Shown: piece after piece, positions 38,333 to 45,834 of the stretch
Position numbering within the stretch: the first letter of the stretch is position 1
Layout: the number at the start of each line of letters is the position of its first letter
From: Geodermatophilaceae bacterium
GTDB lineage: Bacteria > Actinomycetota > Actinomycetes > Mycobacteriales > Geodermatophilaceae
Length of the DNA stretch: 53,535 bases
Assembly (NCBI GenBank): GCA_013695665.1
Contig: JACDAB010000176.1
Span: forward strand, 1-53,535
Direction: 5' to 3'
Notes under the pieces: generated by a model
What the model saw: only the letters and a program-made list of their open reading frames with translations
Databases searched by the model: none
What the model was told of the DNA's origin: nothing
Translations under genes and position numbers: made by a program

Positions 38333-38746
38333 GTGAGCACGCCAGCATCCACCGGGGTCGCCGTCGGCTTGCGGGCCCGGCGGGTCTTCGAAGTCATCGG
38401 ACTCGACACGGCCAGCGCGGTGGGCAGTGGCTCGGTGCCGGCCCTGGGAACTCCTCGGCTGCTGGCCTGGATGGAGGCGGCGACCGTCGCCGCTCTCGAA
38501 CCCGCCCTGGCCCCGAATGAAGTATCCGTCGGCACCCATGTCGAGCTCGACCACGTGCATCCCTCGGCGGTCGGCGTTCGGGTCTCCGTCGAGGCGGTGA
38601 TCGCCGGCATTGACGGCCGTCGGGTCGAGTGCGCCGTCGAGGCAAGCGACGGTGAGGGCACGGTGATCGGGCGCGGCCGGATCACCCGGATGGTGCTTGA
38701 CCGCGAGCTGTTCCTGGAGCGTCTCGGACCCGGTGTTCCCGGCTGA
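38333..38746 (+). CDS. Hotdog-fold thioesterase family protein (FlK-like)
   Basis: 137 aa with a GTG start. ASAVGSGSVPALGTPRLLAWMEAATVAAL and GTHVELDHVHPSAVG resemble the small thioesterase family related to fluoroacetyl-CoA thioesterase. It is divergent from the ACP-KAS pair. Confidence 0.65.
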   Translation: MSTPASTGVAVGLRARRVFEVIGLDTASAVGSGSVPALGTPRLLAWMEAATVAALEPALAPNEVSVGTHVELDHVHPSAVGVRVSVEAVIAGIDGRRVECAVEASDGEGTVIGRGRITRMVLDRELFLERLGPGVPG

Positions 38747-38784
38747 CGGTGCGTCATCCTCGGTAGGCTGGCGCGGGTTCGCTG

Positions 38785-38857
38785 GCGCCCGTAGCTCAGC
38801 GGATAGAGCAGCTGCCTTCTAAGCAGTCGGTCGCAGGTTCGAGTCCTGCCGGGCGCA
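38785..38857 (+). tRNA. tRNA-Arg (anticodon TCT)
   Basis: GCGCCCGTAGCTCAGCGGATAGAGCAGCTGCCTTCTAAGCAGTCGGTCGCAGGTTCGAGTCCTGCCGGGCGCA. It shows acceptor pairing GCGCCCG/CGGGCGC, anticodon loop CTTCTAA and T-loop GGTTCGAGTCC. CCA is not encoded. Confidence 0.9.
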
Positions 38858-38875
38858 CCTCTGCCGGGCGCACCT
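38846..38875 (+). repeat. Exact 15-bp tandem direct repeat duplicating the 3' end of tRNA-Arg (att-like scar)
   Basis: ctgccgggcgcacct occurs at 38846-38860 (the last 12 nt of the tRNA plus cct) and again at 38861-38875. Confidence 0.9.
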
Positions 38876-38889
38876 CCGGTCAGCGGCAC

Positions 38890-39100
38890 CCCTGAGCAGA
38901 ACCGGTAGCGGTCCAGATCCAGGCGCAGCCCGGTGACGATGTCCTCATATCCGGGCTCCCGGGCCTGGTTCTCCAGTTCGAACGGGTCCCGAACCATGTC
39001 GTAGAGCTCGATCCTGCCGGGTGAGCAGCATGGCGCGGTCGGGACAGCACAGCCGAAACGGTGCGAAGGAGTTGAGGAATGTCGCGCCGGAGTCCCGATG
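38890..39100 (-). pseudogene. Decayed C-terminal fragment of a sulfatase-family gene
   Basis: The minus-strand frame reads GRIELYDMVRDPFELENQAREPGYEDIVTGLRLDLDRYR (sulfatase C-terminal ELYDL..DP.E..N motif). The sequence just upstream (..FLNSFAPFRLCCPDRAMLLTRQ) is only readable in another frame, implying a frameshift. There is no N-terminal catalytic region and no proper stop: the frame runs antisense into the tRNA repeat. Confidence 0.4.
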
Positions 39101-39366
39101 CGGGCGCGAACTACGGGCCCGACGACGAGGGCGATCCGGAGCGGCCGCCACCACACCATCGGAGCGTCGGGACGCACGAGTGGCAGCCCTCCACGCAATG
39201 CCTGCTGCAGCCAAGGGACCGTTGACGCTGCTCGATTCGCGGCAGTACCGTCCCGACGCCAGCGGGTTTCGGCAATCGCCATGTACGGCGCGAACTTGTT
39301 CGGCAGCATTTGGTTCGTCGGGCTGGGCGACCGCTCGGCCGTCGACATCCACGAGAGGATCACACC

Positions 39367-40536
39367 ATGGCTTACGACCCTAGAGCGGCCACTGGAATCC
39401 CCACGGAGCCAGTGGGTTCCCTGCCCCGACCGGCAAAGTTGCAAGAGGCGTACGCACAGTACGACGCCGGCGACATCAGCAAGGAACAGCTCGAGGAACT
39501 CCAGGACGCCGCGGTCAAAGACTCGATCGAGAAGTTCGAGGCCACTGGTTCACCGATCATCTCCGACGGGGAGCAGCGCTGGTCGTCGTTCGCGACGTAC
39601 CCGATCGCCGACACGCTGGCCGGCACCGGGCTCGCGCCCGGCCTCGGGGCTGGCGGTCAGTTCTTCGCCATCTTCGCCGACGGGCACGGTCGCCAGCTGC
39701 CGAAGCTGGTCAGCGGCCCGTTCAAGTACAACCAGCATGCAGCGGACACGCTGCGCAAGTCGATCCCGTACGCGACCAAGCCGATGAAGCAGGCAGTCAT
39801 CGCACCGTCGATGCTGGCCCTGCTATACCCGCTGAAGGATCCGGTCGAGGGGTACTCCCGTGAGGAGTTCGAGGCGGCGCTGATCGACGAATGCGAGAAG
39901 GACATCCGCGAGGCCTTCGCTGCCGGTGCGGTGCGCGTTTCGGTGGACTTCACCGAGGGTCGCCTGGCCACCCGTGAGGACCCGCGCAACCCTTGGACCG
40001 GTGCCGGCCTGCTTCCGCATTTCATCGAGCTGAACAACCGGGTGATGGCCAGGTTCTCCGCCGAGGAGCGGGTCAACATCGGCATCCACACCTGCCCCGG
40101 CGGGGACCGCGACTCGGTGCACTCCGCGGACGTCCCCTACAACAACCTGCTGGCCAGCATGTTCGACATCAACGCCGGCTACTTCCTCATCCAGCTCGCC
40201 AGCGAGCGGGACAAGGACCCGGTGTTCGAGTCGATCGGCAAGAATCTGCGCTCTGACGCCGAGGGCGTGACGCAGATGGCCTACATCGGCAGCACTGTCA
40301 CGCAGAGCCCCCGGGTGGAGGGTGCGCAGGAGATCTGCGACAACCTCGTCCGCGCGGCGAACTTCATCGACAAGCAGCAGATCGGCTCCACCGACGACTG
40401 CGGGTTCTCACCGTTCTCCATCGACGAGAAGCCCAACCACGGGTCGCCGGACTACGCCCGCGACGTTGCCTTCCAGAAGATCACCAGCCGGGTCGAAGGC
40501 ACCCGGATGGCCGCGGAGAAGCTCGGCGTCTCCTGA
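39367..40536 (+). CDS. Cobalamin-independent methionine synthase II-family protein (single-barrel MetE-like, Zn-dependent methyltransferase)
   Basis: 389 aa from ATG at 39367 (GAGAGGA SD). GSLPRP is near the N-terminus, and the Zn-ligand motifs are GIHTCPGG (His-x-Cys) and STDDCGFSP (Cys). It is roughly half the length of two-barrel MetE. Confidence 0.85.
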   Translation: MAYDPRAATGIPTEPVGSLPRPAKLQEAYAQYDAGDISKEQLEELQDAAVKDSIEKFEATGSPIISDGEQRWSSFATYPIADTLAGTGLAPGLGAGGQFFAIFADGHGRQLPKLVSGPFKYNQHAADTLRKSIPYATKPMKQAVIAPSMLALLYPLKDPVEGYSREEFEAALIDECEKDIREAFAAGAVRVSVDFTEGRLATREDPRNPWTGAGLLPHFIELNNRVMARFSAEERVNIGIHTCPGGDRDSVHSADVPYNNLLASMFDINAGYFLIQLASERDKDPVFESIGKNLRSDAEGVTQMAYIGSTVTQSPRVEGAQEICDNLVRAANFIDKQQIGSTDDCGFSPFSIDEKPNHGSPDYARDVAFQKITSRVEGTRMAAEKLGVS

Positions 40537-40581
40537 GCTAGCGCTACCGACAAGGTCCCGGCCCGTCGCAGGAGTGCTGCG

Positions 40582-41094
40582 GTGAGCCGGGACCTGCTCG
40601 TTCGGCCCGTCGCCGACGGCGAGCGCCCGGCAGTCCTGGCGGTCATTCGCGCGGCCTACGCAGAGTTCGAGTGCGCCATCACGGCTCCGGAGTGGGCGCG
40701 GATGTCGGGCAACCTGGCCGGCGTCGTGGCCCCAGGCGCGCCGGGCACCCTGATCGCCGCGCTTGCCGGGCCCGCTCAGACGCCCGTCGGCACGGCCACC
40801 TACCTGCCACCGGGACCGCGCGAGTACAACCGGGTGCCGATGGATTGGGCGGTGGTCCGGGGAATGGCGGTCCTGCCGGCGTGGCGCGGGCGCGGAATCG
40901 CGGCAGCCCTGCTGAGCGACTGCCTCGAACGGGCCCGCTCCGACGCGGCGCCGTCGGTCGGGCTCCACACAGCGGCGATCTTCCACGCCGCCCGGCGGCT
41001 GTACGAGAAGGCCGGGTTCCGTCAGCAGCGCGAGTTCGAGCACCTCGGGCTCCAGTTCTGCATCTATGCCCTGGAGCTGCAGCCTCAGCGCTGA
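40582..41094 (+). CDS. GNAT-family N-acetyltransferase
   Basis: 170 aa with a GTG start and AGGAG SD. The acetyl-CoA binding core is MAVLPAWRGRGIAAALL, followed by ARRLYEKAGF. Confidence 0.8.
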   Translation: MSRDLLVRPVADGERPAVLAVIRAAYAEFECAITAPEWARMSGNLAGVVAPGAPGTLIAALAGPAQTPVGTATYLPPGPREYNRVPMDWAVVRGMAVLPAWRGRGIAAALLSDCLERARSDAAPSVGLHTAAIFHAARRLYEKAGFRQQREFEHLGLQFCIYALELQPQR

Positions 41095-42125
41095 GCCGCT
41101 ACCGGCCCGCTAGCCGATGCGAGGTCCTCCGACGTACCCAGCAGCCGGTTGCGTACGACGGCCGCGCCCTCGACCATGGCGCGCAGCTTGGCCCGGGCGA
41201 CGGGCGGCGTGACATGTCGCAAACCGCAGTCGGGGTTGATGATCAGCTTGTCGGTGTCGATGACCTCCAGCGCACGGCTGATCCGCTTGGCCACCAGCTC
41301 GCTGGACTCCACCGCTTCGCTCTTGACGTCCAGTACGCCGAGCCCGAGGGCACGATCCCAGCCGAGCTCGGCGATGGCGGGCAGGTCCTCGTCGCCCTTG
41401 CGGGCGAACTCCAGGATCAACTGGTCCACCTCGGCCTCGAGGACAGTGGGGAACAGGAACGTGTAGTGGCCTTCCCAGGAGGGCCTTGAGTAGCGGTTGC
41501 CGTAGCAGACGTGCAGGCCCCACGTTGCCTCGACCCCGGCGGTGACGATGTTGATCGCCTCGACCGCGAGGGCCACCTGTTCGGGGTAGCCGGCGAGGAA
41601 CGGCTCATCGATCTGCAGCATCGTGGCCCCCGCGCGGACCAGGTCACGCGCCTCGGCGTTGAGCACCCGCGCAAGCGCCCGGACCAGTTCCGCGCGGTCG
41701 CCGTACGCCTCATCCCTGATCCGGCGGGACAGCGAGAACGGGCCGGTGAAGGAGAATTTGATCGGCCGGTCGGTCTGCTCACGGGTGAACCGGAAGTCCT
41801 CGGCCAGGCCGACCGGTTGCGCGGTCAACGGTGTTGCGACGGTGAGGTCGTAGTAGTCGAAGTAGTAGGACTTGATGGTCGTGGTGGCTCGTACGCCGGG
41901 CATTCGGGCCAGCAGGTAGTCCACATCGTTGTCGCGGCGCAATTCACCGTCGGAGACGATGTCGATGCCGGCCTGTTCCTGGTCCTTGATCGCCGCCTTG
42001 ATCGCGACATCCTCGATGTCGGACAGGTGGGCTGCGCTGAGCCGCTTTCGGTAGAAGTCGTTCTTCAACCGCTCCAGCCACTCGGGTACGGAGTAGGACC
42101 CGACCACTGTCGTCGGCAGCAGCAT
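41085..42125 (-). CDS. Core-MetE-like protein (single C-terminal-type barrel of cobalamin-independent methionine synthase)
   Basis: 346 aa from ATG at 42125 (a GTG at 42131 is also possible). Features: TTVVGSYSVPEWL, SDGELRRDN, IDEPFL and the Zn ligands LHVCYGN (His-x-Cys) and INPDCGL (Cys). The start is only a few nt from the stop of the upstream 485-aa gene. Confidence 0.85.
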   Translation of the reverse strand: MLLPTTVVGSYSVPEWLERLKNDFYRKRLSAAHLSDIEDVAIKAAIKDQEQAGIDIVSDGELRRDNDVDYLLARMPGVRATTTIKSYYFDYYDLTVATPLTAQPVGLAEDFRFTREQTDRPIKFSFTGPFSLSRRIRDEAYGDRAELVRALARVLNAEARDLVRAGATMLQIDEPFLAGYPEQVALAVEAINIVTAGVEATWGLHVCYGNRYSRPSWEGHYTFLFPTVLEAEVDQLILEFARKGDEDLPAIAELGWDRALGLGVLDVKSEAVESSELVAKRISRALEVIDTDKLIINPDCGLRHVTPPVARAKLRAMVEGAAVVRNRLLGTSEDLASASGPVAAQR

Positions 42126-42132
42126 GTGCACG

Positions 42133-43590
42133 TCAATCCCTGACCTGCGCGGTCATGGTCACGATGCTGGTGCCCTTCCGATGGGCGAACGGCGCGTAGC
42201 GCACGTCGATGCCCTTTCGCGAGCCGATGTGTGCCAGCAGCGGGCCGTTGACCCAGTTGACGACCGAGCCGTCGTACTTGCCCGGCCCGCGAAAGCCGGT
42301 CCGGCTCTGCTCCACGTCGGTGATGAACAGGTCGTGGCAGACCAGCCGTCCGTAGGGGTGCAACAGCGGCAGCGTGTCGACAAAGCTGGCGACCGCGCCG
42401 TTGTTGACGTTGATCCGCAGGTCCCCCCGGGCGTCGAGCAGTGGTCGCAACATCTCACCGGACAGTCCGGCGGTGATCTGGTAGGAATCCAGCCCGCGCA
42501 GGGGGACGAACCGCTCCGCGCGGCGCAGGGACTGCCAGCAGTCGCGCCAGAACGTCACTGCTGCGTTGGTGTCGGCGAACTGCGACGGCATCGCCTCGGC
42601 GAGCAACTCGGGTCCGATCTGCAACAACTTGTGGATCAGCGCGGGCACAGCGTCGGTCTCGACCGAGCAGGAAGCAGCGATCGTCGCGCTATCCGCGGCC
42701 GGGAGGAACGCCCGGGTCTCGACGCAGAAGGCCTCCCCACCGATGCTGACGACTTCATCGCAGGGAAGGTTGTCGTAGACGTTCGAGACATAGACGAGGA
42801 ACACCTTGTAGCGCAGGAAGCCGAGGACGGTCGTCGGCGTCGTGGCATCCAGCACCAGGCAACTGACATGGTCACCGTGCTCAGCGACGGTCTTGCGGGC
42901 GATGTCCAGGACGTGCGGTGAGTAGTCGCACATCAGGTAGTGCAACCGGCGGTAGTAGTCGCGGCCGTGTCCGTGGTCCATGACCAGGAACTCATCGAGC
43001 CAGGCCTTGGCCTGGTTGCCGTTGCCTACGCCGAGTTCGACGACGTACAACTCATCGGGCAGCGCCCGACGGTCGGACAGGTCGTCCCAGATGCGGAACA
43101 GGTCGCCGATCAGATCACGGATCGCCGCCTCGTTGCGCGCATCGCTGGCGCCACCCGGCAGCGCCGACTCGTATCCCCGTCCGGTCGCGCGCTCCCACAG
43201 GTGCAGCGCCTGCCAGTAGAGCCGGTTGAATGACCAGATGCAGCCCTGGCTGCCCGGTAGCCACTCCTCGAGCCAGACCCGCTCGGGCGATTCCGGACTG
43301 CCGTTGTGCGCCATCAGCTGCCGGGTCAGGTCAGCGATGTCGGTTGCTCCCGCGCGCCGCAGGTCCACCGCGACCTCGAGTTCCTGGTCCGGGGTCCCGG
43401 GCCCGATCTGCCGGACGTCCACGACGTCTCGGAAGTTCTCCTTGTACTGGATCCAGTCGCAGACCACCCGGACCCGGGACAGGTCCACGGTGCCGTTCCG
43501 TAAAACCTCGAGGACGGCGGTCAGCGGGGTCGAGACATCCAACGGCGTTTTCCCACGGAGCCGCGCCACGGGTCGGATCTCGACGAGCAA
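42133..43590 (-). CDS. Uncharacterised 485-aa protein with a class I SAM-methyltransferase-like core (distantly MidA/DUF185-like)
   Basis: TTG start at 43590 with GGAG 5-6 nt upstream. The central region shows the beta1-beta4 MTase pattern: YVVELGVGNGNQ (motif I), YLMCDYS, CLVLDAT and LVYVSNVYDNLP. This core is flanked by N- and C-terminal domains of about 170 aa each that I cannot assign. It contains a rare TTA Leu codon at codon 30 (43501-43503). The functional call is inference only. Confidence 0.6.
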   Translation of the reverse strand: MLVEIRPVARLRGKTPLDVSTPLTAVLEVLRNGTVDLSRVRVVCDWIQYKENFRDVVDVRQIGPGTPDQELEVAVDLRRAGATDIADLTRQLMAHNGSPESPERVWLEEWLPGSQGCIWSFNRLYWQALHLWERATGRGYESALPGGASDARNEAAIRDLIGDLFRIWDDLSDRRALPDELYVVELGVGNGNQAKAWLDEFLVMDHGHGRDYYRRLHYLMCDYSPHVLDIARKTVAEHGDHVSCLVLDATTPTTVLGFLRYKVFLVYVSNVYDNLPCDEVVSIGGEAFCVETRAFLPAADSATIAASCSVETDAVPALIHKLLQIGPELLAEAMPSQFADTNAAVTFWRDCWQSLRRAERFVPLRGLDSYQITAGLSGEMLRPLLDARGDLRINVNNGAVASFVDTLPLLHPYGRLVCHDLFITDVEQSRTGFRGPGKYDGSVVNWVNGPLLAHIGSRKGIDVRYAPFAHRKGTSIVTMTAQVRD

Positions 43591-43677
43591 GGACGCTCCA
43601 AACCGAATGCTGCGTACGGCGATGCTATACCGCTCATTGTTGCCCAGATCAGGTTTTTGATGATGCGGATGACGGGG

Positions 43678-45096
43678 TTAGAGGCCGTAGTTCTCCAGCA
43701 GCCGCAGCCAAATCTCACTGATCGTCGGGTAGGACGGCACCGCATGCCACAGCCGCTCCAGCGGCACCTCACCCACGACGGCGACGGTCGCAGAGTGCAG
43801 AAGTTCACCGACACCAGCGCCCACGAACGTCGCCCCGACGAGCACCTTCCGGTCCTCGTCGACCACGATCTTCGCCCGCCCGGTGTAGCCGTCCGCGTAG
43901 ACCGAGGATCCGGCGATTGCACCCAAGTCGTACTCGACCCCCCGCACCCGAAGGCCGTCCTCGCGGGCGCCCCTCTCGGTCCGGCCGACCGAGGCCACCT
44001 GAGGTTCGGTAAACACGACACTCGGCACCGCCGCGTGGTCGGCGGTGGCGGCGTACCTGGACCATGGCGTTGCGCTGATCTCCTCGCCGCGCGCCCGCGC
44101 CACGATCGCCTCACCGGACATCCGGGCCTGGTACTTGCCCATGTGCGTGAGCAGCGCGCGGTGATTCACGTCCCCGACGGCGTACAGCCAGCCATCCTCG
44201 ATCGCGCGCACCCGGCAGGTGTCGTCGACGTCGAGCCAGGAGCCCTCCTCGAGGCCGACCGTCTCGAGGCCGACGTCCTCGGTGCGGGCCCGTCGTCCGG
44301 CAGCGACAAGGACCACCTCGGCGGTGACGTCGCCGTCCCCGGTCACCATCGTCGTTGGCCCGTCGCCGTCGCGGATCACTTCGGTGGTGGTGACGCCCGT
44401 GCGTACGTCGACGCCGGCGGCGCGCAGCGCTGAGGCGACGAGCTCACCGGCGAAGTCCTCATTGCCCGCAAGCAGCCGCTCACCACGCTGTAGCAGCGTG
44501 ACGTCGGCACCGAGGGCGCGCCAGGCGGTGGCCAGCTCACAACCCACGACGCCGCCGCCGATGATGGCAAGGCTGCCGGGCACCCGCTGGGCGCTGGTTG
44601 CCTCCCTCGGCGTCCAGGGCCGCGCCTGGGCCAATCCGGGGATCGGCGGCACGCTGGCGGCGCTCCCCGTACAGAGGGCCACCGCATGCGTCGCGGCCAG
44701 CTCGGTGCTGCTGCCGTCGCTGCCGGTGACCCGCACTGTTCGTTCCCCGGTGAGGCGCCCGCTGCCGCGCACCACGTCGATCGACTTCGACGTCGCCCAT
44801 TCCAGCTGCGAGGCGTCGTTCCAGTCGTGGGTGAATCTCGTCCGGCGGGCCAGCGTTGCCGAGGCATCGACAGTGCCGGTGACCGCCTGCGCCGCCCCGT
44901 CGACCGCCTTGGCGGCAGCCACCGCTTCAGGCCCACGCAGCAGTGCCTTGCTGGGCATGCACGCCCAGTAGGAGCACTCGCCGCCGATCAGCTCGGCCTC
45001 GACGAGGACCGCGGTCAGGCCGCCGCGGACCGCCCGGTCGGCGATGTTCTGGCCGGTGGATCCGGCGCCGATCACGATGACGTCGTACGTCTGCAC
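43678..45096 (-). CDS. FAD-dependent pyridine nucleotide-disulfide oxidoreductase (LpdA/dihydrolipoyl dehydrogenase-like)
   Basis: 472 aa with a GTG start and GGAGGGAG SD. Features: dinucleotide fold DVIVIGAGSTG, redox motif GGECSYWACMPSK (CxxxxC), a second Rossmann IIGGGVVGCE and a C-terminal dimerisation domain. Confidence 0.88.
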   Translation of the reverse strand: MQTYDVIVIGAGSTGQNIADRAVRGGLTAVLVEAELIGGECSYWACMPSKALLRGPEAVAAAKAVDGAAQAVTGTVDASATLARRTRFTHDWNDASQLEWATSKSIDVVRGSGRLTGERTVRVTGSDGSSTELAATHAVALCTGSAASVPPIPGLAQARPWTPREATSAQRVPGSLAIIGGGVVGCELATAWRALGADVTLLQRGERLLAGNEDFAGELVASALRAAGVDVRTGVTTTEVIRDGDGPTTMVTGDGDVTAEVVLVAAGRRARTEDVGLETVGLEEGSWLDVDDTCRVRAIEDGWLYAVGDVNHRALLTHMGKYQARMSGEAIVARARGEEISATPWSRYAATADHAAVPSVVFTEPQVASVGRTERGAREDGLRVRGVEYDLGAIAGSSVYADGYTGRAKIVVDEDRKVLVGATFVGAGVGELLHSATVAVVGEVPLERLWHAVPSYPTISEIWLRLLENYGL

Positions 45097-45179
45097 ATGA
45101 TCTCCCTCCGTGGTGGGGACACTGGGTGCGACTGTAGGGGTGGACCGGGCCTACGGTGGTCCGGTCTGAGGAAGGAAAG

Positions 45180-45224
45180 ATGACGGTAAGTACAACGCGG
45201 CCGCCGGGCAGGGCGCCTCGATGA
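45180..45224 (+). CDS. Candidate 14-codon upstream ORF (leader peptide MTVSTTRPPGRAPR) coupled to the flavin reductase gene
   Basis: ATG at 45180 is preceded by the strong SD GAGGAAGGAAAG (45168-45179). Its TGA stop (45222-45224) overlaps the flavin reductase ATG (45221) as ATGA. The downstream ATG itself has only a weak SD. Confidence 0.3.
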   Translation: MTVSTTRPPGRAPR

Positions 45225-45763
45225 CTGCGGTCTCGGTGGAGCAGTACAAAGCCGCCCTCGGCCGATTCGCCAGCGGAGTCACGGTGCTGACAGTCAGGGA
45301 CGAACTCGACGACCACGGGATCACGGTCACCGCGTTCGCCTCGGTCTCCCTGGAGCCACCGCTGGTTCTGGCCTGCGTCGCGCAGGCGTCGTACCTGCAC
45401 GAGGTGCTCATGCGCCAGGACCACTGGGTGGTGTCCGTCCTCGCTGTCGGCCAACGCTCGATCGCCACCCGATTCAGCGAAACCGGCCGGCCGAGCGCTC
45501 GGCTGCTGCTCGCCGACGTGCCGCACCGGCGCGGGTCTCGTACGCAGGCACTGATCATCGAGGACGGGATGGCCGCACTGGAGTGCGGCACCGAGCAGCG
45601 GGTCGCGGCCGGCGACCACACCCTGCTGATCGGCCGGGTGCTCGACGTGGCCTACGTCGCCGACCGCGGGGCGCCCTTGCTGCATGTCACCGGGTCCTAC
45701 ACCACCTCGATGACGCCCCGGGAGGTGTCTCGAAGGAGCACCGGGGACCCTTGGAGTGACTGA
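45221..45763 (+). CDS. Flavin reductase family protein
   Basis: 180 aa. YKAALGRFASGVTVLTV...GITVTAFASVSLEPPLVLACV is the canonical flavin reductase-like FMN-binding domain. Confidence 0.88.
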   Translation: MTAVSVEQYKAALGRFASGVTVLTVRDELDDHGITVTAFASVSLEPPLVLACVAQASYLHEVLMRQDHWVVSVLAVGQRSIATRFSETGRPSARLLLADVPHRRGSRTQALIIEDGMAALECGTEQRVAAGDHTLLIGRVLDVAYVADRGAPLLHVTGSYTTSMTPREVSRRSTGDPWSD

Positions 45764-45834
45764 GCCGGTGATCCAGGGTGGCAGGGGAGCATCGAGACTC
45801 GGCAAGTGCCACATGCCAGGCGTCCTACGCCGAG

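Noticed and set aside
38846-38875. Considered whether the 15-bp direct repeats could be a CRISPR array or transposon ends
   Set aside because: There are only two abutting copies with no spacer, no cas genes, no inverted terminal repeats and no transposase. A tRNA 3'-end duplication (att scar) is the simpler reading.
39012-39021. 10-nt match (tcctgccggg) to the tRNA-Arg T-arm/acceptor region, considered as a distal att copy
   Set aside because: It is too short, diverges immediately afterwards, and sits inside the sulfatase-like coding remnant. It is likely a chance match in G+C-rich sequence.
39040-39366. Possible cobalamin or SAM riboswitch upstream of the MetE-like gene. Partial resemblances noted: GAGGAATGTCGCGCCGGAGTCCCGATGCGGGCGCGAACTAC to the Cbl core, AGCCAAGGGACCG (39209-39221) to a B12 box, and GAGTGGCAGCCCTCCA to the SAM-IV GGCAACCCTCC core.
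   Set aside because: I could not assemble the full conserved cores (no GCCACTG, no complete B12 box, no SAM-IV P1/P2 pairing), and the region overlaps the sulfatase relic. The decisive test is cmsearch with Rfam RF00174, RF00162, RF00634 and RF01725. A hit above the gathering threshold would overturn this rejection.
38293-39444. 383-aa minus-strand ORF
   Set aside because: It reads antisense through the thioesterase gene and tRNA-Arg and into the metE-like start. Only residues ~143-185 (sulfatase-like ELYD..DP.E..N segment) look like real, now decayed, coding sequence.
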